64,000 nt of DNA from Xylographa opegraphella (GCA_022813865.1 JALDZX010000014.1:248001-312000); one strand, 5' to 3'. Counted from the first letter of the stretch, positions 12,880-25,772 are shown. Notes: generated by a model from the letters alone, not told the origin. Program-made: numbers and translations.

Positions 12880-15150
12880 TAAATATGAATATTCGTTGTT
12901 TTTTTCGTACGGGAGAAATGCTGCGTATATATTTAAATTACTATTTTTATAAATTTTCTTAAAAATTTTACGTTAATGAATATCGTTTTCGTATATAATA
13001 ATAAATTCGACTTTAAAATTAAGCAATATCTTTATCAAAATCGTTTAATAATTATATAAATAATTAAATTTATTATAAAAATTATCGTAATGGTTGCGTG
13101 TATTATCGCCATTTAATTTAAAAATAATATTTAATACGATATAAAATCGGCCGAGTTTATATTTAATATGAAGTTTAAACCTTTAAAAATATTTCCAAAC
13201 TTTAATATATCGCAGATTAAATTTTTTAGTATTTATACATAATAGATTAATTTAAATTGCGATGGCAGTAATCGTAAAATAATTGATATATATCATCGCG
13301 GTTGATTATTTTATGATTTTTGATATATCTCGAGTTTTTTTGATGGTTTAAATTCAATATGCTATTTTTATTTTAATACATTAATATTTTTTTGTATTAT
13401 CTAAAGCCCTGTTTGAAACTATAATGAATTAAATATTATAATATTTCGGTGGAAAAAATGGGTTTATGATTTTAACGTTGATTATTTTAAATATATTAAT
13501 GTCGAATCGAATAGTGAATGTGTCTCGATGTTTATTAATGCTTTGAATATGATAAATATAAAATCTCATTTCGAATTCCTGAAACGTGTCGATATTGTAA
13601 AATATTTATTAAAGTAAACTAAAATACGCTAAAATAAACGAATTGCTAAAAGCGTTTTTAAATTTCTTAAAAGATTCTAATTTAGCTAAAATCGAATTGT
13701 TTACGATTAAACTGGCTATCAATTTTTTATATTATATATTAATAACGTTGTATTTTATGAAATTTCGATTAAGCATTTTTTACGTTTTTTTAAAAATAAT
13801 ACTAAATAAATATATCTCGTAATATAATTATAAAAATATTCAATTATTTTCAAATGTATTTCGAATTTGCGTAACGTTGTAAAGAATTTAAAAAATAATT
13901 TCAAGCTTATTTTTGATAGTTATAAAATTAAAGGTATCGATTTTTTAATTAAATAAATTTACGCTTAAATAATTCATTAAGGATTTATTGAGGGTTTAAT
14001 ATATATTATACTTGAATAAATACGGGAAATTTGCGTATAAATAAAAAAATACCTTTTTAATATATTTAAATAAATTATTACGTTATTAGTATCTATTTTG
14101 CAGTAAATTATATATTTTTTATGAATACCGTCGATTTTTTATATATAAACGAGGCTTTTATAGTAATTTATTACTACGATATTTTTTATTTTTTATTTTC
14201 AATAAAATACGATTGCAACCCGATTTCGATAAAAATTATAAATTCGTTATTAATCAAAAAATAAGCTATACTTTGTTATTAATATATAAATTGCTTCACG
14301 TATTATAGCGATAATTTTTATTCATAAAAAACAAAATATAAATTTAAATTTAAAATTAGATTTAAAAATCGTATATTAATTACGATATGAAAAAATTTTA
14401 ATTTTTTTTTGAACTGCTTGTTAACGACTTCGCGATTTTAAAAGTTAAATGAATATATTTTTGAAATTAATTTATATATTTATTATTATTTATTAATTAT
14501 TAATTAATAAAAATTTTATTTATTTCGTTTTTAAAATACTTACTACGTTATTATTATTTATTTATAACCTTAAAAATCAATTCTATTTTAACAACTTTCG
14601 CTGCGGCGACTAAATTTTTATTATCAATAATAATTTTATTTCAAGATATTTCCTTTATTTTTTTAACGATATATTATATTAAAAAATATGGAAGGTTAAA
14701 GCGAAAGTTTATAAAGTTTTTATTATTCTTAAGATATACCGCCAGGTTTTTTTCGTTTAAAAATATTAAGAATGTTTATTAACGTTATATTTTATAAAGT
14801 TATTAAATTTAAGTTTCTGTGATATTATTATAAATTAAAAATTATTATTTATTATATACATATAAAGAATTTAATTCATTACGCATACGTAGAAGTTTTT
14901 ATACCTTAATTTAAAACAGAAGTTAGGGTTGAAAGATACTTTTTAATATATTAAATTACGATAAACGTTTTAATATAAAATAAAAATATAACGCTTTTTA
15001 AGATAAAAATGCTTTTTTCGATTTTACCGTTAATACGAAAAATCATAACTATATTAATAATTATATTTTTGTAAACATTAATAATAACTTTTTTTACTGA
15101 AATTAAAAACGAAAGTTTTCAGATAAAATAAAAAAAATTTCGACAGAAAC

Positions 15151-15333
15151 TGTTACGGCTCATCAACTCACCACACAAGCACGCCTAGAACGTAAGCTTT
15201 AGGTGGACGATTTCAACCCAGATTAAGATGGAGAAGCGGTGAGGCTGCTCCATGGGCGAGAGTATATACTAAAGGTGCTAGTCCTGATCCAGCCCGACCC
15301 CTATTACCTGTGACTGATGTCATAGCCGTCACA
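15151..15333 (-). mobile_element. Solo LTR family B (183 bp, un-RIP'd)
   Basis: Termini tgttacggct...agccgtcaca (10-bp imperfect inverted repeat). TSD gaaac/aaaac differs by one G>A. Its last 59 bp match 21193-21251. Confidence 0.85.
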
Positions 15334-18300
15334 AAAACTTTTGTTTTAAATTTTTTTATAAAATATATTTTTAAACGATGTAAACTATTGCGAGCGTATT
15401 TTCCGCGGTATTTTTAAGAAAATAAATATTTAAATTAACGTATTCATTAATATAATATTTATTAATAAATTATTGATAATCACGCAAAAGGTAAAGCATA
15501 TTCTTGAAATATAATTATCTTATAATTGATTTCATTATTATACGTATAATAATAGCTTTATTGACGTTTTTTATACGCTTTTTGTAATAAAAAGCGTAAA
15601 ATACTTATAATACTCTGATTTCAACGCGTTGAATTATTATATTAATAATATAAACTACGCGATAAATTTAAAAAATAATAATATATTGTTAAAAAAATTA
15701 AAATAAAAAATAGAAAAATAAAAAAATAAAACCCGAAAAGCTTTTTTTAAAAATATACTCGTTAAATATTATTTAATAAAACGCTGGAATAGCGTTAAAT
15801 TCGTAAAGTTTAAATTTTTTTTATTAAATTAATCACTTTTTTAAATAAGTAAATCGCCGATTTATTAAAATAATTAAATAAAATCTTTTATTAACGATTT
15901 TGAGCATTTAATAAAATTGATCGAATTTAAAAATATATATTTCAATAAATATAATGGCAGAGAGAATAAAAAACAAGCGCTTAATTAGCGGTTTTTAATT
16001 AAAAAAATAAAAAAAATCAATAATAAAAATCGAAACGGCAGAAAACAAAGGTTAAATCAAAAATAAAAAATCGATTTAATTATTATAAACTTTAAAAATA
16101 AAAAAATTAAAAATTAAAAAGTTAATAATATTTGCCAGTCGTTTATTTCGCGAAAACGTGATAATTTACGCGATAAATATAAATATAAAAATTAAATTAA
16201 AAAAAATTTCGCCGCGTTCGCCTAGATTTTACGTTGGAATTTTTTTATGTTAATATATAAAATTTGAATTATATTAGATATTCAGAATTAAGAAATCCTC
16301 GGAAAAAAATTATAAAAAATAAAATAAAAGCTTTTACCCGCGTTTAAAAATTCTTAAGGTAGTCTGACCTAAAAAATTAATTAAAAATGATAAAAAAAAA
16401 TTATTAATTATTCTAAAAATAGCTAGCGAGGAGATAATTAATTCTATATTAAATTATAAATTGTTAAAATCCTATTAAAAATACGAATGTAAATATTTTG
16501 AAAAAATACAAAATGCTATAATATTATAATTTTTATAAATACGAATATATAAAGAAGGGCTGTTAAAACCCCTTATTTTATTATAAATATAAAGATAGTC
16601 ACGAGGCAAAGAAATACGAAAAAATATAAGAACGTAAATATTACGTAATATACGCGAAAAAGGGTTATAAATCGTAAATAAACGCGTGCTCGATATTGAA
16701 AAAGGAAAAAAAAATTATAAAAAATCATTTAAACGTATAACGCGAGCAGGCTTAACGATATTTAATAATTAAAGTTTTATGTTTAACGAAATAATTAAAA
16801 ACACGAACTTTACAAATTAATGTAAAGGAATTCGTAGGAAATTCGCAGCAGTTTGATTAAATTAAGTAAAAAAATAAATAAAAGAATTAAATCGGGGTTG
16901 TAGCTAAATCAAGTTTTTTTTTTTAAATAAAATTACTATTCGTTCGATAAAGAATAAAAAAAGGAAAAGATAAATTAATTGCCGTTATAACTCTGCTACT
17001 TTATCGTTATATATAAAAAACAAAGCTCGAAATTAAAAAACGCCAAAAAATTCGCCTCGAATTTACTACAATTCTTTTTTTTAATATAATAATGTTTTTA
17101 CTGCTCTGGTCCCCCTTCGTTTTTTTATTTTTTAGCAATTTTTTTAATTTGGTTATTCGTTTTTTTAGCGAATTAACTTTTTTATATTATAATTCATAGT
17201 TTTTTTTATCGACGACGCTAACCGTATATAAATATGCGAGTTTATTGTCGTTTATTTTTAAATCGCGTTTAATAATTTGCGATAGTATTGAATGTATTAA
17301 AATGAACGTTCGAATCGGGAGATTTAATACGATTCATTAAAAAGGCGAAAATTTTTTAAATTTAAAATTTTTATTCAAAAATCTTATAAAGTTATTAATA
17401 TTATAAAAAAATTCGTACCGTTAACGATTATTAAACTGTAAAATACTTAAAATGTAAAAAAAATCGCTAAAAACTGTTCAAAGTTCGACCTGGTTTTTAT
17501 TTTTATTTTTTATTTCGTTATTTTTTATTTATAGTTTATTATATCGATCGTATACTTCTGCGAAGTAAATATTTTATTAAAAAATTAATTAAGTTTAAAA
17601 TTGGGCTTTCAAACAATAATAATTCTTGTTTTTTATTTAATAAATTACTAATCGACTGCGCTGTTAACGATTATTTATTATAAAATATATTTTGTTTTCG
17701 CGATCAAATTATTCGTACTAACGCTTTTTTCGATTTTAATATTGTTTTCGATCGTTTTTTATTTACTTTTATAAAATCGAGCTAACATTTCCTTTGATTA
17801 ATGTAATAAAAACTGCGGCTTTTTTCTATTAAATAAAAAAAGCGATAAACTTAAATTCGAAATCTTTTTCGATTATAATTTATTTTTGCTTTTTCAAAAC
17901 GAAACTATCAATTTATATATTTTATTTAAAATCGTTAAGGTTTTTTACGTTGCGTTTTTTTGCCTTTAAAAGTTGCGATTTTATTAAATAAAATAAATAT
18001 TTTGCTAAACAAGACTGCAGTGGCCTTGTTGGAATAAAATGATAAATTTAAACGTTAAAATCATAATTAATTAATCTTTATTAGCTTTTTTTATTTTCGT
18101 TTAAATACTCTTGTTTTCTGCGTCGTATTTACATTTAATAATAATAATTATTTTTTGCCGTAACTTTAAATATTTTTAAATCGATTTCGTGTTTTTTTTA
18201 TACAATTCGCAGTTAATTCCGTTAGACTTTATAATATTTTTTATTTTTATTTTTTAAAGCTTTTCTCGTTTTTCGCCTAATTAAAAATATTTTTAACGTA

Positions 18301-19699
18301 AATTTTCGTAAGAGCGCGCCGGGCAAGTTTATTATTTAAATATAAATTAATATAAATTTTTAAATTTAATAAATTTTTTTTAAATTTATAATACTTTATT
18401 ATCCTGGCTCGAGTTTTAAAATAATTGAAATTTTATTGGTATTTTTTGATTCGAAAACAGCAGTTCGTCGAACTTTTATTTTATAATTTCGAAAAATAGT
18501 TTATTAATTAACGATTTTTGCCGTTTTAAATATTTTTCGATTTTAACGCTATATTTGTTATATGTTTTTAAAATAATTCTTCTTTTTTTTCGAAATATAC
18601 GGCTTACTAAGAAAATAACGTTATTATAAAGGGTTTATTTATCGCTATCGCTAAAAATTCTCGAAAACAGTTTATTTATGTTTATTTTATCGTAATTTTA
18701 TAATTTCTTTTCGCCAGTTATTTTTATATCTGCGATAAATATTTAAATATCGGTTTTTGAGCAGTATTTAAAGTATAAAATTAGTTTAATAAAATTGAAT
18801 TTAATTTTTTTAGTTGACGAATTATTTTGGGAAAATATTAAACGATTGTTGGGCCTTAACCCTTTCGTTTGTATTTAATTTATTTATTTAGGAGTTACGA
18901 ACCCAAGAATTTTATTTAACTTTTTTGAATATAGCGTTTCTATAATTGTAAAAATTTTTATTTAATTCTGTAAAGGTATTTTAACGCTATTTCGCACGCG
19001 CTTTACATTTTTTATTGTAATAATTGATTTTTCAATTGATTTTTAACTTTAGAAATGAAACGTAAATAAATAATTATTGGAAGAATATAAGCCGCGTTTT
19101 GGTATTTAGCCATAAAAGTTATTATATTATTTATTTCGACCCAAAACGAAAAATCGACTTTTAATTTAAATGCTTCTTTAAATGTTTTTCTTTATTTTTT
19201 TCTTTATTTTTATTCGATTCTGGCTTTATTTTTATTATTTTTTAACATAAATTTTTTATATATTTTAATCGCGGCGACACTTATCTTTTATTTAACTCGA
19301 TATTTTTCGTAGGTTTCGTTTTAATATTTTTATCTTTTTTTAATTGTTTAAATTATTTAAAAATTAAATTTTATCAATACCTTTTTTAACCTTACATAAT
19401 TAATCTTGAATTTCTTTTTAAATTTTATATATTAATATTCCTTCAAAAACTCGAAATACGCCAGAATTTTTGTATATATTTTAAAGTAAACGTTTTATAA
19501 AATTTATTTTACTTTTGCGATCGTTTCGTTTTCCCTTTTTAATATTTTAATATTTTTATTAAATAACTACCGGAGGTTTATTCTAAAGCGAAAAATTTTG
19601 ATAAAATAGTAAAATAAAATAAACTTGGTTTTTAATATTTTAAATACGTTAACGTTGATGCCGTTGTTAATATAATTAAAAATTATTATTATAAATACA

Positions 19700-19830
19700 G
19701 AAAAAAATGCTATTATAAATATAAAAAATGCTATTATGAATATAAAAAAGTTATTATTATAAATATAAAAAAGTGGTCGTTACGAATATAAAAGAAGTTG
19801 CCGCGACGAATATAAAAGAAATTACTTTAA
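19700..19830. repeat. Degenerate 21-24-bp tandem repeat (~5 copies)
   Basis: Recurrent ..gaatataaaa(a/g)aa(gt).. units. Unit lengths are multiples of 3, suggesting a former coding repeat. Confidence 0.55.
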
Positions 19831-21059
19831 TAATCAAAATAAATTTACTAAAATAATACTATTCGAGTATAAAGGTCCTCGTTCCCGTTTTAACTATTTA
19901 AATTTAAAAGTATAATTTAAAAACGTAAAATATGAGTAAAAAAGAAAAAAATAATATAATCGTTAATATAATCGCTAGCGTAATTATTTATACGTTTTTT
20001 TTTCGCTCTCTTTAACCTTCATAAAAATTACTTTTTTAAATAAAGAATAACGCGGCCTTCGGCGTTTTCATTTATTAATTTTTGACTCTCGCTCGATTTT
20101 GACGTTAATATATTTTTACTTTTAATAAACTCTGATTTTTGTTTTTCATTTGATAGAAAATTTTAAACTTTAATTTTTACTATTTATTTAATAAAAATTC
20201 TAAATTTTAAATTTTATCTCGAATCAAAGTTATTATCGTTAGAACTACTCGAATTATAGCTGTTTTCGAGGTTTTAATTACTGTTTTTACGTTGTATTAA
20301 CGGAATAATTATTTTAAAATTTGAAAATTCGTTTTTATTATCGATTTTATTTTTATTGAAATACTACTTTTTTAAATTCATTAAAATTGTTATATATTTC
20401 TTTGCTACTTCGTTTTTCCGTTCGATATACAGTTTTAGCCTTTTTCCAGAAATAATATTAAATCTTTTTATATTATTTAGATTTTACAAACAATATATTT
20501 TTTAACAGAATGCTTTTCGATAATTTGACACGGGCTTTGTTATCAAAAATCAAAATTTTAATGTAATAAATAGTCGTTTTTATATTTAATATCGTATAGA
20601 AAAATCAAGTTTTTTATTTTATATATTTTATTTCCAGTATTTTTGTTAACGTTAAAGTATTTTTAAAATTAATCCCTTATTCTTTCAAGCTTGAAAACTA
20701 TTTTTTAATATTTAAATTTTTTTATAATAATTATAAAAAATTTAACGCGAGCAAATCGGCTGTATTTCGAATTTAATTTTAAAATAAATTATTTTAACTA
20801 AATATTTCAACCCCGATCGATAGTATACATATTTTTTTTGTAAATAAATTAAAATAAAGTCATATCGATATTTTAACGAATGTTAATTCGATTAATTTAT
20901 AAAATTAAATGCAATATTTTTAATTATATATTTATTTTTCCATACGTTAATTTCGTTAATGTATTTCTAATTAATTTATAACCTTTTTTTATTATTCCGT
21001 TCGTGCTCGAATTATATAGAAAAGTTGATACTGATTTAACTTTATATAATTTCAATAGT

Positions 21060-21072
21060 ATTTTTTTTAATT

Positions 21073-21104
<32 letters not shown>

Positions 21105-21142
21105 TTTTTTTTATTTTTTTTATTTTTTTTATTTTTTTTATT
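21060..21142. repeat. 9-bp microsatellite (ttttttta-type) running into an assembly gap
   Basis: Periodic T8A units immediately before the N-run at 21143-21192. Confidence 0.8.
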
Positions 21143-21192
21143 NNNNNNNNNNNNNNNNNNNNNNNNNNNNNNNNNNNNNNNNNNNNNNNNNN

Positions 21193-21251
21193 GTGCTAGT
21201 CCTGATCCAGCCCGACCCCTATTACCTGTGACTGATGTCATAGCCGTCACA
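21193..21251 (-). mobile_element. Partial LTR family B beside assembly gap
   Basis: gtgctagtcctgatccagcccgacccctattacctgtgactgatgtcatagccgtcaca is identical to the end of 15151-15333. Confidence 0.88.
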
Positions 21252-21287
21252 CCTAGTGATTAGTTTCAATAGATTTTTTGTTATTAT

Positions 21288-21382
21288 TGTTGGAAATAGC
21301 GTTGCCTGACAGAATACCCTCTATATTGCCTGCAGGCAATATAGACGCTAACCTGCTTCTAGACTAGCGTAGCCGTATATAA
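21288..21382 (+). mobile_element. Start of a third LTR (family C, related to A), cut by gap
   Basis: Begins TGTTGGAAATAG, versus TGTTAGAAATAG for family A read on the minus strand. Shares gcctgcagg and gacgcta. TATA-like gtatataa just before the N-run. Confidence 0.6.
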
Positions 21383-21665
21383 NNNNNNNNNNNNNNNNNN
21401 NNNNNNNNNNNNNNNNNNNNNNNNNNNNNNNNNNNNNNNNNNNNNNNNNNNNNNNNNNNNNNNNNNNNNNNNNNNNNNNNNNNNNNNNNNNNNNNNNNNN
21501 NNNNNNNNNNNNNNNNNNNNNNNNNNNNNNNNNNNNNNNNNNNNNNNNNNNNNNNNNNNNNNNNNNNNNNNNNNNNNNNNNNNNNNNNNNNNNNNNNNNN
21601 NNNNNNNNNNNNNNNNNNNNNNNNNNNNNNNNNNNNNNNNNNNNNNNNNNNNNNNNNNNNNNNNN

Positions 21666-21731
21666 GCGGCCCGAGCTCTCGCTTAGCAGCTCTCGCTATC
21701 CTGCAGGCAGGCCGGGACTCTATTTCTAACA
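21666..21731 (-). mobile_element. Partial LTR family A beside assembly gap
   Basis: Matches 7128-7179 apart from a 14-nt insertion (tagcagctctcgct). Ends ctaaca. Confidence 0.88.
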
Positions 21732-22950
21732 TAAACAAATGTTAAATGCGACGTTAAACTAATATTATAAATCTAATTAAATACAGTCGTTATAACAAGT
21801 CTCTAAAAAAAATCGTAAAAATAGTGGCTATAAATACTATATATATGCGTGGAGCTTGAAGTTCGCTTAAATTACTATACAATTTTGGTGGGGCGGGGAG
21901 CGAAGTTTGAGCGCCAAGAGAATGCAAGCCTTTTGCATATGCTAATAGTTGCTGGATAGACAAATGACGAGGACCTCTATCTCTTGACCTCTCGTTGACA
22001 TGGACTGGCTAGCGCTCCGACTTACCTCATTGCTTGCTTGTTAACCCTGTTGTGCTTATTCTACATCCTTTAATAGTGGTCTAAGGTAGTCTCGCATTTA
22101 TACGGAGATACCGTATCGTAGATGGCTGCACTTAGGAGAAGAAAGACTAGCTTGTGCCTCACTTCACAGACTTGTGGATGTGGGTGGTTATCGCACGCCT
22201 TGGATCGTTGAGTGTCAGTGCAACATGATTATGCATGGTGAAGTGAGTTGTCGGATGCTACCGGCACCGGAAGAATTTCGAAGTCTGTACCTTCCATATG
22301 GTACATAGTGACAACAACCTCAGAACAACCCAGAGACCTTGGCACATTACAGTCTCACGCTTGGTATTACTCGTACACCGGGCAGATAGAGAGCTTAAAT
22401 CTGTCTGATAAATTATGCTATGCTAAGTAGTGCAGTATGCCATGTGGCGCCCCCACAGGTGGCCAGAAATTCCGTGAACAGTGCTCTGATGAGAGTCCAA
22501 ATATGCGATATGTGGGCAAAGCTACTCATCGCTGAAGCTTCTCTCCAACTATGATGAAAAGATGGCTCTGACCGGAACAGTGATAACCCAACCGAATCGA
22601 GACTTTCCACAGAGATAAATGCTCAGAAAGACAACGAGGACCAATTGAACCATCCGAACATTCAGTCGTTGACCTTAACAGTTCCTGACTTGGGACTCCC
22701 AATAAACTTGTGACAAATAACGCGGGGAAGGGGTAGGAGGCCTTGCACTGGCGAATCCGTGCTTGGAGCGATAGCCAAACTTGAAAAGCAATAACAGGCA
22801 GCTGTACCTCACCAAACGTTGATGGATCGCGAATCTTGAACAGGTCCCACACTCGAAACTCGAAGCACACTTCGATATTCAAAGTCCGTTCAAGTGTCCG
22901 AACGATTGATAAAATCTTTTCCATACAGCGCTAATTCCACCACCTGACAT

Positions 22951-23652
22951 TCACATCACAGTGCATCCGACCATGCCGCTGGCCAGACTGGGACCGCCAA
23001 GCATAGATCTACGACCAACTCCACCTTCCAAAATAGTCGACGCGATCTTGTCAGTAGCACTTCCGCCAGTATAGACGTTGTACTTTTGCCCATTGGAGCG
23101 GCGGGACTTCTTGCAGTCTTTGGTCTTGGCGTTCTTAGCCGACTCCGCGGGTTTCAGAGGCTTTGTGGTAGTTAGAAAGCGAAAGTGGTCCGTAGAAGCA
23201 AGCAATGGTTCATCCATCGCCTTCATGTCTTTGAGTCCTTCGACACTGTCAGATGATTCAAACTCCTCCTTGAATTGGAGGCGGCGCTCGGCAACACTAG
23301 GGTTCGTACCCTCTACAGTCGTTGTAGAGTCTGCATCATTGTGGTCAACTAGCGTGTCGCTACGCGAGAATGATGAGCTCGGAGATGCGGAGCGAAAAGT
23401 GAGGACGTCGCTGTTCACACTTGTGCACGCATCATGACGCATAGAGTGAGTGGCATTTGTGGTATATTCGAATCCGGGTTTTGATGTCTCCTGAGCATTC
23501 ATAGCCATGAGAGGTACATTGTCGGTCTTGGAGTAGTCACGAATCGCGTGCTGGACCAAGATAATGGCGCCAGGATCACAGGTGCGGGGATCGGTATCGG
23601 CAGTGGAAGAAATACGGGAGGGGATCGAGATAGTCTGGGCCAAGTGAGGCAT
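22951..23652 (-). CDS. Hypothetical Ser/Thr-rich, probably disordered protein (233 aa)
   Basis: ATG-started 233-codon ORF preceded by an AT-richer leader. No recognisable domain. Confidence 0.4.
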   Translation of the reverse strand: MPHLAQTISIPSRISSTADTDPRTCDPGAIILVQHAIRDYSKTDNVPLMAMNAQETSKPGFEYTTNATHSMRHDACTSVNSDVLTFRSASPSSSFSRSDTLVDHNDADSTTTVEGTNPSVAERRLQFKEEFESSDSVEGLKDMKAMDEPLLASTDHFRFLTTTKPLKPAESAKNAKTKDCKKSRRSNGQKYNVYTGGSATDKIASTILEGGVGRRSMLGGPSLASGMVGCTVM

Positions 23653-25772
23653 ATTGACTTTAAAGCTGGTGGTAATATGGTAATTGAATAAGTGGTTAGT
23701 AAGAATTGTTTTTCGATTGTATCAGCCGCTCAAGAGCACTCGTAGTGCTCTAGAAATTTAGGTATTGATATGAGGTTTGAAAGTCTGCGTTGTCTTTCAA
23801 GCAATTAGTCAATTGAGCTCAAGAAGTCAAAACAGTTGGTATAACCGCGTGGAGGTGTTGCTTGAAGTAGGTACGAAGGATGTTAGGTCGAAGGCAACTT
23901 CAGACTGGTTGCGGGGTAGACAGACCAGGAAATTGGTGACACAAGTCCAGTATAATGCTTGATTCCGAAATAGTTGGCTGAAAGCACCACTTTCTATCCG
24001 CTCGAGCCGTGCAACAGTGCTAAACGACGGAAAGGAGCACACGTGCTGAGGTAAGAAAGGTAACAGTTCAGCACGGACCAGCACGAAGTTGAGAGGGGGC
24101 TTAACTGCGAGGTTAGAGAAAAAGTAAGTGGTATGGTGATGTGTAGACAGTGAAAGTTTCAAGTTGTCATATCGGAGGAGACAAAAAGGTTCAATAGCAT
24201 GGTACAAGGATGTCCAAGACAAAAGAGAAACAACAACCATGACCGCGACGACAACGGGACTTCCATACCCAATAGAGATTAAGGATTTTTGCAGTTGCAT
24301 AGCAAATAAGCATATTCTTATTGACCCTGCGAAAGGTCGTCAATAAGAGTCACGGGACTTCGTCTTCAGCGCATTTCAGAGTTAATGCCAATGCACCAAA
24401 TCGTGGTACTCTTGTGTGTAAAAACTAGTGGACCTACCAATAAGAACCAGACAAGAAAATACTCATCACTATTGCACAGCCGATCCATCTAACACGAGCG
24501 GAGGACTGAACGTAATTGTGATCCCTGGATACTAACAAAGTCAGGAAATAATGCCTGTTGTTTTACAACGACACAATCACTGCAATACAGTCTAGCATAG
24601 ACTCCAGTAAGACTCTTTGTACATGACTTGCAACTCCACACTGAAGTCAAGATACGAGGAGGGAACACGGTAGCGATAGATATATCTTTATGGCCGCTTC
24701 GACTCGACTACAAACAGGTCAAGTCTCTATAGGATTCGGCACCAATTAAAACACAGAATGAATTGTACAAAGACTGTTGGCATTTTCGTGCAAAGTTGAA
24801 GAAATCGCACATCGTACAGAGTAATTTGTGGAGATCCAGCAATATCAAAGAACACAGCACCTGAAGTACTTCATAGCTGCATTTATCAGCACACTCCATG
24901 AGTAACAATCAAGATATTATTCGACATAGCGGTGCAAAACAGTTCAATGTAAAAGTCTCATATGGAGAACAGATCTATTTGTGAATGATATGCCGTACTC
25001 TCTGATTAGAAGCTCTGTGGAGCGCCACCAGATGTTTTATCTCGCTGGTAAACCGACTCTAGTGAAGATTGGGCGACGTGCACCATTCAAGCTGCACAAC
25101 ATTTTGAGTAATGCTTGTCGGGCCAAAGCACGAGGCCACAGGTGTTGACAGAATGTAAAAGAGTAAAAGTACTGTGACGTTAGCTAAGACACATGCGTTG
25201 CTCGTGGCTTTCCATCTGATGTATATATGCCTCCTGTTCAAGATAGTAGAGAATTTTTGGCCAAGTCCTTATGGCTCCCAGGAATATCAATGGTTCATGG
25301 CAGTAGTGGTGGTGAGTAATTCTCCTGGTCGGTCAAGCAAGAGACAGTCGACTGTGAAGTCATAGTATGATGATGATCTCAAAAACAGATAGGCCCAACC
25401 AGCCACATCACTCAGGCCGATCGAATGGCAAATGATTGCGAGAACATTCTTCAAGGAATCTTGGACACTTTTTATGTGAGTGGTCCGGTTCAAGGTTGAG
25501 GCCGGAAAGAAAAGCTAACGAGCGCGTAGCGCGTCAAATTTTGATGACCGTCGAATCTGCTCTGTGTTATGTAAGTACGTCTAGAGGAGGATCATCTAGA
25601 CTACTATTCCTAAATCAAAGGGCTTGAAGCTAGCCGGCTTTCATTCATATGGTACCTACGAAATAGATGATCATACATCACCGAGCGACCGCGACCTGCA
25701 GTCCTGGCTCCTATTCTGCCGATCATCGAACGCGCCAGCTTCTCGTCCAGCCATGTCGATCAACACAGGAAG

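Larger units (their letters stand above)
1..21850. other. AT-rich, RIP-degenerated repeat block (heterochromatin-like isochore)
   Basis: Very high AT content, TpA-rich and CpA/TpG-poor, no real ORFs. TE motifs are recoverable only by reverting A>G and T>C. Abrupt switch to balanced GC near 21,850. Confidence 0.93.

Noticed and set aside
21288..21731. Single MITE with tgtt(g/a)gaaatag terminal inverted repeats
   Set aside because: No TSD, and the right end belongs to LTR family A, whose other end differs. Two oppositely oriented related LTRs fit better.
20924..21738. ORFs spanning N-runs
   Set aside because: Artefacts of gaps, microsatellite and LTR sequence.
1..21850. Mitochondrial insertion or AT-rich contaminant
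   Set aside because: No rRNA, tRNA or respiratory genes seen. Nuclear LTR motifs and a transition-biased pattern explain the composition.
1..21850. Centromere or subtelomere call
   Set aside because: Possible, but there is no TTAGGG array or other diagnostic, so it cannot be supported from sequence alone.
22526..24300. ORFs 22526-22924 and 23827-24300
   Set aside because: No motifs or supporting gene structure; lengths are compatible with chance.
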